The notes under the pieces: model-generated
The model's input: only the letters and a program-made list of their open reading frames with translations
What the model was told of the DNA's origin: nothing
The model's database searches: none
Shown here: piece by piece, positions 38,815 to 48,800 of the stretch
How positions within the stretch are numbered: the stretch's first letter is position 1
Layout of the letters: each line of letters starts with the position of its first letter
DNA from: Botryllus schlosseri
Lineage: Eukaryota
Assembly (NCBI GenBank): GCA_051294905.1
Contig: CM119372.1
Coordinates: forward strand, 36,334,001-36,398,000
Direction: 5' to 3'
DNA: 64,000 nucleotides
Made by a program: the position numbers and the translations under genes

Positions 38815-40065
38815 ATGGCAGAGTCAATTGACGAAGAACTTGTGGTTTTGAAGTCCATTTACGAAGATGAGTTGACAGTGACTGAAGCTGAAGGTGACAA
38901 TTTGAAGGAAATCTCGATAACCATTTACCCATCTACAGCCGATGACGAAGCTTCCAAGTATGTTTGCTTGGATGCATCCATCAAAATAGCGATGACATAT
39001 CCCATGTCTTCGCCCGAATTTTCAATAACTCGGTCGCGAGGACTTTCCGACGAATTCATGGTCAATTTGTGCAGGAAATTGACAGATCTTACGAACGACA
39101 AACAAGGAGAGTACGTGCTTTTCGATATGTTGGATTTTCTCAAGGAAAATTTGACTGAGAACAATGTGCCAAGTGATATATGCTCGATATGTTTGAGCGG
39201 GTTTGAATCCGGTGGTGAGTTCTTGAAAACAAGCTGCTTTCATTATTTCCACCGGTATTGCATGAAAAGCTATAAAAAACACATTTTTGAAGACAGTGTC
39301 GATGGGATATTGTCGTTAATCGAAGGCATTGATTTATCTAACAAAAACTCAAAAATTACTGTACCTTGTCCAGTTTGCAAGGCGCAAATTGAGATTGATT
39401 CAGAGACCGTGGATATTGCCATAGCCCCGCATGAAGAGATGGTACAGGTGGATTTTGATCTTGTTAAAAAGCAGAGAGAAAAATTTGCGAAGATGTATCA
39501 ATCACAACTTGAAAAAGGAGGGATAATCGATTTGGAACACGAAAAAAACAAGTTCCTCGTTTCAAACTTACAAAAAAACTATGAACGAATGTTAGCAGAG
39601 CGCGCGACTGCTGAAGCAGAAAGGTCGCACAACAAGGAACAGCAAGGCACATCAAAAGACACAAGGGATCCGTGTAGTACAGGAACATCCACATCTTCAC
39701 ATACCAGTGCTTCAGTACGACACCAGCCTAGACAATATCATTTTGGCCGCGGCAGACATCAAAATCTACGTGGTGGTAATAATTTTCGAGCCAAAAAAAG
39801 CCGTTTTCCGAACTCTACATTCAGCACAAAATCATGTGCCGCTGACGAAGTTCCTAATGGTAAAGTCCATAATGTGCAGCATTCAAAACGAAACAATTAT
39901 CGCGGAAGCCATTCCAATCCCAATAGAGGTAGAGGGGGTCACTACCCGAGACACCCATTTAGAGGTAGACCTACTTCCAGCCGTCAACAGCATCGTGAAT
40001 TTAATGAAAGCAGTAATAAAACTGAAAAACATGACCGTCATAACAATGCGCCCACAGACTCGTGA
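38815..40065 (+). CDS. RNF25: E3 ubiquitin ligase RNF25 (AO7): RWD domain plus RING-H2, 416 aa, single coding exon
   Basis: EELVVLKSIY and YPMSSPEF (RWD). CSIC..CFHYFHRYC..[long insert]..VPCPVCK (RING-H2). QLEKGGIIDLEHEKNKFL matches the RNF25 post-RING motif. Disordered RG-rich tail. Confidence 0.93.
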   Translation: MAESIDEELVVLKSIYEDELTVTEAEGDNLKEISITIYPSTADDEASKYVCLDASIKIAMTYPMSSPEFSITRSRGLSDEFMVNLCRKLTDLTNDKQGEYVLFDMLDFLKENLTENNVPSDICSICLSGFESGGEFLKTSCFHYFHRYCMKSYKKHIFEDSVDGILSLIEGIDLSNKNSKITVPCPVCKAQIEIDSETVDIAIAPHEEMVQVDFDLVKKQREKFAKMYQSQLEKGGIIDLEHEKNKFLVSNLQKNYERMLAERATAEAERSHNKEQQGTSKDTRDPCSTGTSTSSHTSASVRHQPRQYHFGRGRHQNLRGGNNFRAKKSRFPNSTFSTKSCAADEVPNGKVHNVQHSKRNNYRGSHSNPNRGRGGHYPRHPFRGRPTSSRQQHREFNESSNKTEKHDRHNNAPTDS

Positions 40066-40645
40066 CGTTAATTGCTATTCAACAAGTATGTTTGTGCTCG
40101 GACAGTATTGAGATTTATTGCCCATTTTGGTATTGTGTTGGCAGCTATTATTCCAATTCAAGTTCATTTCATCTGTGAGAGTGTATTCTGTCTAAGTGCT
40201 TGGTTCCTTAGCCTACCTGTGAACAATGAATGTTCGACTCTGGAATAGCTTCATTGTGCATTGTGGTATTTTACTTCAAGGGCACCAAGATGGTTGCTTC
40301 AGGATCTTGATGATGAAATGGATATGGCCTAACACAAAGCAAGTAGGCTACATGGCTAGTATTGCATTGTCAAACGATTGTGTAATATATATCTGTTTGT
40401 AATTGGGGCCGACACTCTGGGAGATGGAAATAGTGATTGATATTTTTTTGTAAATTTCCATGTCATGCTGTCAAACCGAGTCGAATGCAATCAGCAGTGT
40501 TCAATGGCTAGTTTCAAGTGGACTACTGTGGAAATGTTGTTAACGCTGTGGTTAGTATAGATGCGAAGCATTTCTAGGCAGTAAACTAATATTATTTCGC
40601 ATGTTGTTGGACGATTCAGGCGATAAAATACGTAATTCTTATTGA

Positions 40646-40850
40646 GTTTCTTGGAGGTACATGACTTCAATATATAATTGAATAGTATATTCAAATGAGC
40701 CCGAATATTTAAGGCTGACACTCGTCAGGGGTAAAAATCAACAGTCTATTGTTGATATACAATGTTCTTTCCAAATCTCTACTAGTTGCTGACGATTAAC
40801 CTGCCCCTGATTCGGGTTCATTTCAATTTGAATATACTACTCAATTGTAT
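40646..40850. mobile_element. Penelope-like inverted element (copy D) between RNF25 and MOSMO
   Basis: Same tail and arms. The minus-strand core CTGACGA-gtgtcagcc has GAAA mutated to TTAA. AATAAA follows at 40861-40866. Confidence 0.7.
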
Positions 40851-41251
40851 GATTCTTGGTAATAAACTTGAACGTAGCACGTAGACATAAAGTTCATCGC
40901 GATAACAGTTATACTTTGATGCGTTTCAGTTGACTGACCGTTCGCTGAATCCGTCTGGCATTTTAAAAAAACATCACATTATCACCAGTATGTCAGTCTT
41001 TGCCAAATTAGTTTGAATCTCTATTTATATGCTTGTTACTGTACCACCAACTCCTGATAGGGGCACACGAAAAGTCTGCAATGAATGTAGTCTTGGAAGC
41101 AAGCTAAACTTGCTACGGTTAGCTATCTTATTCAAATATTTGTGATTGTAATATTTGATATGTCAGACATAACAGCTTGGCATGCGTGTGCCAAACTATA
41201 AATCGCTTATTTTTCTTTCAGTTTCTTTCCATCTTTCATGGGACGGAGGTT

Positions 41252-41764
41252 ATGGATAAGGTTCTAGTTGTAGCCGGGCTTCTGTACTTTCTCGCGGATA
41301 TATTTGTGATAGCTAGCATCGCTCTCGATGATTGGATCAACACCGGTTCGGACCTCGAAAAAATAACGATCGGACTAACGCGTCACTGCCAGACTTTGTA
41401 CTTGCGAGGAGAGGTTTGCTTTGATACAGAAGTCACGAAGTCGTGTATAGCGTGTCTGATATTCTTGATGTTATCGATATGCGGCTTTTCTCTAGCACTT
41501 CTCATGGCGGTACGGGCGCATTGGCTAAGAGACAGAGTAGTCCTCGCTCGGTGGGCTGCCTACTTTGGTGTTTTGTGCTTGGCATTTGTGGGAATGATTT
41601 TTCCATTTGGATACAGTCGGGACATCGTAGGCGGGACCACCATGAGATTGCCATCTCACTGGAAGATAGGGGATTCGTACAGGGTGCTGTGGGTGCTGTC
41701 TATCGCTTCCGGCTTTTCCGGATGGGCCATACTGATGCTGCCAATTCAGGATTTATTCCACTGA
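41252..41764 (+). CDS. MOSMO: Modulator of smoothened (MOSMO/ATTHOG/C16orf52), claudin-like tetraspan, 170 aa, single coding exon
   Basis: MDKVLVVAGLLYFLADIFVIASIALDDWINTG..ITIGLTRHCQTL..C..ARWAAYFG..MIFPFGY..VGG..RLP..IGDSY aligns along its length with vertebrate MOSMO (MDKLTIISG..ADIFAIASIANPDWINTG..GLVRQCQTI..ARWIAF..IFPIGF..VGG..KLP..VGSSY). The true start is the ATG at 41252, 30 nt after the acceptor ttttttctttcag. Confidence 0.92.
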   Translation: MDKVLVVAGLLYFLADIFVIASIALDDWINTGSDLEKITIGLTRHCQTLYLRGEVCFDTEVTKSCIACLIFLMLSICGFSLALLMAVRAHWLRDRVVLARWAAYFGVLCLAFVGMIFPFGYSRDIVGGTTMRLPSHWKIGDSYRVLWVLSIASGFSGWAILMLPIQDLFH

Positions 41765-42129
41765 GACCGTTTACCTTGGGCTGGTAAATATTGGCCTGTG
41801 CACTGTGACTGTTTTATTGCGAGGGAACAAACTGTTTGTGGTGCCGAATATTACGATCGCAGCCAACGATTATATCCTATCACAAGCGCTGGGCACAATG
41901 ATCTGAGTATTATTATTATTCAAGTAGTCAGACATGTTTTTTTCAAGTACTAAAATTCGATGCTTCTTGCTACGAAGAGTTAAATTAACGACATAAATTA
42001 TAGATTCGATACTAGTTTACACTTTGGAAAGCTGTAAATCTCGATTGATCGTATCGCGGCATATGAAACATGTAATAGGCTACAAGGCTATGAACGCTAC
42101 TAGAAATGACAGATCTGTTAAGTTATGAT

Positions 42130-42606
42130 TAGGGCAAGTTTTTGTAGCAGTTAAATCCGTCGAAATCGCACTTATTTTTGACAAAAGTTGCATTTAGTTT
42201 TTCACAAAAGTTGCACTAAAGGACCAGTAGAAAAAAAAAGGTCAACTTCCCAGTTTCACTCCCGAAATACAGTTTTCCATCCGCATTCTCTATTGATTGA
42301 CTGAGAAAAAAAAGGTCAACTTTCCGGCTCAGCTCTCGAAATACCCGTAAGAGCATTACTTCAGTGCTGTTTTATGGTATTTCAGTCGGATTTGGCCGTG
42401 TATTTCACAAAAATCGAAAATACTTTCATGAAAAATCGAAAAAGTTGCTAAATGTTGCAAAAAGTTGCATGAAAAGAAGAGACCAAAGTTGCAAAAAGTT
42501 GCGCTATAAGATTCCTTCAGACAGCTTGAAACAGCATTCTACATATCATCCGAGTATTTAGGAAGCTGCCGAAAGCTATAAAAAAAAGTTGCAAAAACTT
42601 GCCCTA
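42130..42606. mobile_element. hAT MITE (AAAAGTTGCA subterminal repeats)
   Basis: TIRs TAGGGCAAGTTTTTG / CAAAAACTTGCCCTA, perfect TSD GTTATGAT. A related degenerate element at ~27610-28765 hosts SINE copy 1. Confidence 0.85.
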
Positions 42607-43033
42607 GTTATGATCAATCTGCTGCATTCTCACCAAGTTCAATGAGATGGGTATGGTCAAACAATACCAAATAATCTTTGATGTGATACAGAATTAACAT
42701 TATAGCCTATTCTTTGTGGTCGCATAAAAAGTGCATATCTCAACTTTCCACATACTACCGTCACATCATAATACTCGTCTCGAAGCCTAATACTCTATTC
42801 AAAATCGAATTATCGGTATTGCACATCAGTGATACACTGAATCAAGTCAGATTGTCTGAAATATTCTTATTTATCATGAAAAACATGAAATAAGTAGTCA
42901 TTGCAATATTAGTATTCTGTGTTCTTTGTTGTTTGGAATGTTTTGATTATGCATGATTCAATGTGTATTTGTTAACATCTGCTGATTTTGAGGGCCTTCA
43001 TTATTGGTGGACTGGAAGAACTATAGCCTAGGC

Positions 43034-44016
43034 CAGTGGTTCTCAACCTTTTTGGCTTCGCGGACCCCTTTTGACCGTCACGGACCCTCGCGGACCCCCA
43101 CAAGTTTTAGTTCAAATTTTGCTCAATTATGGTGCAACCGTAATCTGTCTTGTGCAAATATGAACTGTAGGCTTGTGATAACAGCAACAAAATGACTTTA
43201 CTTGAAAATAACATCATACTACTTATGTAGAAATTAGGGGGACTTTTATTATTATTTCAAAGCTAATTTTGCAACTGTATTTATCGAAGTACGTGGTCGT
43301 GTCTTGAAAATCCCCGTCTTCGATTTGGCATGAACGATGAGTGCCGAAAATCCATTTCCACAGAGATAGATGGAGGCTAATGCAATATTAACGCGCAACG
43401 CTTCCGACGGTACTTTTGGTGTGATCACAACATTTATTGCACCAAAATGAAGAAACATATTTTTAAGGAACATATCGCGTCCAGCCTAGTCATTTTATCT
43501 AGCATTTCATCTTGAAGTTATTCTAGAATAGTGGTTATGTATATCACAGGATGAAATGGATTTCGTGGCGATGTTTCAATCCCTTCATTAGGACAAATTA
43601 GGGAAAACATTCGAGCATTTTTATTTCGAAAGACTGTTCACTAATTTGATGAGGCTGACAACGTCAAATAGAAAAGGTTTCGCAAACGTTACGAAGTCAC
43701 CCTGATTGATTTTACTATCTTCATATTGTTATTTTTTCCACAAGCCCCAACAAAACGTCTTTAAACAGCAATACGTTTTTATCAGTAGGTTATTGGCAAT
43801 TTGACAATTAAAATGAATTTGCGCAGTAGGATATTTCATGTCAGACGATTATTATAATGATGTGAGTCATGGGGTTGTAGCATTTGTGGTGCGAAACTGC
43901 CTCAGGCTTTCTCAAATTAAAAAAATTAAAAAAGTAGGTTATCAATCATTTTGAAAATTTAGAGGTCTCGCGGACCCCCTGAAATTGCTTCGCGGACCCC
44001 CGGTTGAGAACCACTG
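43034..44016 (-). mobile_element. Charlie/Buster-type hAT derivative (CGGACCCC family, copy 2)
   Basis: TIRs CAGTGGTTCTCAACC / GGTTGAGAACCACTG, perfect TSD GCCTAGGC, remnant ALASIYLCGNGFSAL. Confidence 0.9.
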
Positions 44017-44153
44017 GCCTAGGCTTATGCTCTGCTCTAGTTTTATCGTAAATGAATGAAGTTTATATATTTTCTCTAATACTGCCGTTATTAAGAGAAG
44101 TTCTACTTGAGATATGTCACGTTTTTATATCTGCGAAATGATATTGTCTATAT

Positions 44154-45307
44154 CAGTGGTCGGGAACCTGTGGCTCGCGAGCCATATATGGCTCTTTTGG
44201 ATATAAGATATGGCTCTTTGAGAAACTTTTGATTTTGAACTTAATTTATCAATATTGCAGCAACTTGTTATTAGATTTTCATGAGAGCGATAATAATTAT
44301 TCTCGTGGCTTAATAAGCAAGTCTTTGAGAGGTCAAGACAGTTGAATATCCAGTGTTATAACCTCGTACCGCTCTCTTTCTAAAATCCTTAAATTCATGT
44401 TGCTGTCGCACCGGCGCCACCACCCGCGATTTCGATCTACCCACCAGCGCTCGCCTAGAAATCTTGGATTGCACGATACCTTGATTGACGAAAGAGAATA
44501 GCTGACATGGGCACATGGCGACACTTGTAGGACAATGTAGTTTTAAAATACACATTTTCTTCTTGATCCACGCCAAGAAATAAAATGCCTTGGAAGTGAC
44601 ATTCACACTTACAAATTCAAATTAAAAACAACGCCATAGCTATCCATTTTCTTCATCGGTTAGTATAGATTTAGCACCGCCGTAAAAATGTTGGTGTATA
44701 ACGCAACGTTACGTTACGCCGAATATTTTAAAAGTCAATCAATACTTTGATGTTCAGAATCAGCGCGGCAATTACATTTGATTAATATCAGTGATTCTAA
44801 ATTGTTCGCGATTTACGATGAGTTGGGGTGTCACAAGTGAGGCTTGGCCCGTTTGGGCCTCATCTGAGCCTCACCTCTCTTTTCGCTCTTTATTTTCGAA
44901 CAATAAATATGAAAATTCCGTGATTTTGGGAATAAAAATGTTCAAAATCTAGTCATTCATAAACATCGATAGAAGATACCAATAACCATCGAATGGTTCA
45001 CAAATTTCCTTCACTCATCCCTGACGACAAGTGAGGCACTGCCTCACCTGCCTTCCCTAACCCCACGCCACTGACGTATCACACGGTGGTTATGTACTGC
45101 TGTAGTGACCGTGTTTGGCTCCACCTACCCATGTGGGGGCGGAAATATATGGCGCACACTACGAATCCCTTATATTAGTGCTACCAATACGTCACGGATG
45201 TTCAATTGTGACGTAAAAGTTGATTGACATGTATGGCTCTTTGGGACTAACAATTGAAAATATTGGGCTAACATGGCTCTTCGGTCGAAAAAGGTTCCCG
45301 ACCACTG
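44154..45307. mobile_element. Charlie-type hAT non-autonomous element (TGGCTC subterminal motifs)
   Basis: TIRs CAGTGGTCGGGAACCT / AGGTTCCCGACCACTG, TSD GTCTATAT/GTATATAT. Confidence 0.85.
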
Positions 45308-45883
45308 GTATATATCGTATTGCTCTAAATACTGATGTCGGTTAACGGTTGAGCTTTAATTGATATTTTCCTTGCAGTTTGAATGTAATTCATCGCAGTA
45401 CTGAGATTTGCAACTGACGAGAGTTGATCAGCTAGATCTTAGTGAATACCTTAACAATATATGTCTCGTTTTATTTCAAATGAATTGCAGTATTTTTTGC
45501 ACAATATCATTAACGTGTGTGATGTCGTTTGATTTGATTTGGTTTACATTTCTGTTCTGTATGCTCTTATGTTTTGCCTGAATAGTGACCGCGTTGCATT
45601 ACTTCCATGATTACGCCTGTTGCAGGTTGGAATTACAGTGTTAATAATGTAGGCCTAATATATCATGTGCTGTGTTCATTGGTTATTCCGATGTAGATTG
45701 TCATTAATAGCTTCTTTTACTAAACCTTGATTTCTTTTTGCTTTGGTCTGCTTAACTTTGCAGTATTATTTTCTCGCTTGTTGTTATTATCAACAATCAT
45801 ATCTGATATTAACAACCTTACTGTGACTAACACCTTGATTTTCAAAATGCATCTCACAGCGTCGTTTCTAGTTTACTTCAAAA

Positions 45884-48800
45884 ATGGCTTCTTACTACGG
45901 AGAAATACTGCCTGTGATTTCGCGATCTGCTGACGATGAGGAAGACGACGAATTTGCTCCCCAGCCAAGGTATAAATTTTCCAACCTATTAGATATAAAA
46001 CTGCCAAACTGGGACTGGGCCAAATCTGGTCCGTACGCTAATTCCTCCTGCCCTGCAACAAGGTCAGCAGAGTATTTGCGCATGACCATTCTTCAGCTCA
46101 AACATAGGGGTATTTGTAGTGACAAAAGTGGTTCTACACGAGTAAAATGGTCACCATTATTCTGTGATGACTAGGGCGGTTTTTTTTGACATGTCAAAAT
46201 TTGTCAAAATTTTGTCTAAATTGTAGTGTTAGGTCAAAATTTTTCATAAAGTCAAAATTTTTTGACGTCTGCATTTCGTTTTTTTTCGTAGATTTTGCAC
46301 TGTCGGTGAACTTATCATTTGATATTTTACAACTTGTAGCCTATTTAATAGACCTACCGTTGTAAACGGCTAATTGTCTGCTCATTGTGAATCATAAACG
46401 GTCAAATAAAACAAGTAGGTAAACATGGTGTTATGGTCAACGTACCGCAATATCCTAACTGAAGAAAGACTTCTTGCGCATTGCATCATTCTTATATTAA
46501 GAAGCGCATGATGAAAGATTGTGATGTAGACAACATTTTCAGAATGAAGCAACACGGTGTGTCACCAGCAGTGTAGGCACAACTTGAGTGTTGTCAGCCA
46601 ACAACTGCTGCTGTTGAACGTCCTTGGCAAGCTTCTTAGTAAGGACATGCACTTTCTACCCAAGAATGTAGGAAAGTATCTCTCGTGGTACTACAATTTT
46701 TTTTAAAATTATTTTTACCATATACATATTGTAACCACTGGAATTCTTCATAGGGCCAGATTATATTGAAATATTGTTTTTTCGTTTAAAAGTTGCCTGT
46801 TTCTAAGCCAAAAACGTTTTTTCAGGCCAAACTACTGTGTTTGGACAGTCAGTTCCGACCAGAAATGCAGATAAGTGGTACAATTTTAACATTATGTGGA
46901 AAACCACCTAATTTGCATACGTTAGGTCAATATTTGGTCAAAATTCAGTCTTTTTAGGTCAAAAAAAGTCAAAAGTTTGATTTTTAGGTCAAAATTTTCC
47001 TTTTTATAGGTAAAAAAAAAAACGCCCTAGTGATGACCTTTTTTTCGTCTGGCTGGTTGTTGTGTTCTGTTGACCTTTTTTAAAAAAAAGATAGGACATC
47101 CCCTGTTAATATAACGCTATTGAATAATATACATATTGAAATATATCTGAGTATATTTTACTTGAATAAGAATAGACTATATTATTCAATTGTATATTGG
47201 AGTTCATCACCTCCAAGAGTCTCTCCTAATGTAATGCTGTAATATGGTGCTTTAATTTTTAAATTCCATATTCCAACTAATATTCCCCCCCCCCCCCTCA
47301 CCCGAGGCAATCTAACTCGAATTAGTATGGTCTTGAAATCGTATAGATCAGGGGTGGGCAGAACGTATTCAGACGCGAGCCGCACATCGAGAATCAAAAT
47401 CGTATTTTTAAAAGAGCTACAGCACAAAAAATTGCAAAATGTCAAATTTATTCTGCCACAATGAAATATAGGTTATCAAATGAAGTATATTGTGTGGGGT
47501 TACGGTGCGTCTCCACCTGGGCTGCATGGTGTTTGAAATCAGGCTCATATGTCGCAAAAGCAGTACGGAGCAGCTCCTTCAAGTGCTGCTGAGCATTTAA
47601 GGAAAATTTCAGCTCTGTAGTATTATTACTCCGTAAAAATCATCTATGTGAACTCGATTCGCGAGCTCAATTGTTCTAACGCTATAGTGCCAGTGCCACC
47701 TACTCCTAATTATTACAAGTGTTGCGTAAACCATAAGGAAAGAAACAGCACGAAAACAATACACTTTATACACATTGTTAGTAGTACGTGATAGAATGAA
47801 TTCATCAATTTATAATCAGGTTGAACCTCTCTAGTAAAATGGCGAAACGCATGTTGTGCAATCACTAAAGAGCCGCAATCAAAGGCTCGAAAAGCCGCAG
47901 TTTGCCCGCCCCTGATAAAGATAGACAATGTAAATGGACTAATGATTCCAATTGAGAAATGATAGTCCATTTCTAGTTGTAATGAATCGGCTGAAGACCC
48001 TTGAGAATGATTATGACGATTGAGGCTCGATTTAGTGAATTTTTCAAGTTGCGTGATAAAGCCGATGTGGCGCTAATTAAACTGGAGTTATTCAGTTTAC
48101 TGAGTAGGCGTACTTCTGGTTTGGATAGTTCTGTCTAATTGCAAAACTTACTCCAGAGGTATTGGTTGTAGACGAGGTCTACTTCTGCTAGAACAGATTC
48201 TGACATCCAAGTAGGCTACTTCCTCTGTCTCCAAATAATCTCAAGTAGAATGTACAGGTAGTTGTTGGTCATTTTTGGATGGCTCTTATGGGTTAAACCA
48301 GCACAATCAGTAACTAAGGTTTTTAGAGTACTTGAGTAGGTTTTGATAGCTTTCACTACTCACACGGTTTGATTTGTTTGTTGAAATTACTTAATTGATT
48401 ATTCTCGAGACCTTTCATTTTGAATGGTTTATTCAAATTGAAATGAACCCGAATATTTTCGGCTGATACTTGCCAGGGGTAATCGTCGGACGTCATCAAC
48501 TAGTAGAGAATTGGAAATAACATTGTATATCAACAAACGTATCACCGAATATGTCATACTCGGATTCATTTCAATATGAATATACTATTTAATTGAATAT
48601 TCTGTACCTCCAAGAAGACCTTACATTTTCTACTTCAACTTGAACTAGTTTTGACATGTCTGGTATGTTGCTACATTTATTTGTAGTAGCAACCGACTAC
48701 ATGGGACCATGTCTAGTGAAATAATTGTAGGTACTGGGCACTGTAACTCTGGTATCTCTGAACAGAATGTTGTTGGGAAGCTCAGTACCTTTTAGATTGT

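Noticed and set aside
41177..41251. N-terminal extension of MOSMO in the ORF track
   Set aside because: It starts at TTG and crosses a polypyrimidine tract and acceptor. Homology begins at the ATG at 41252.
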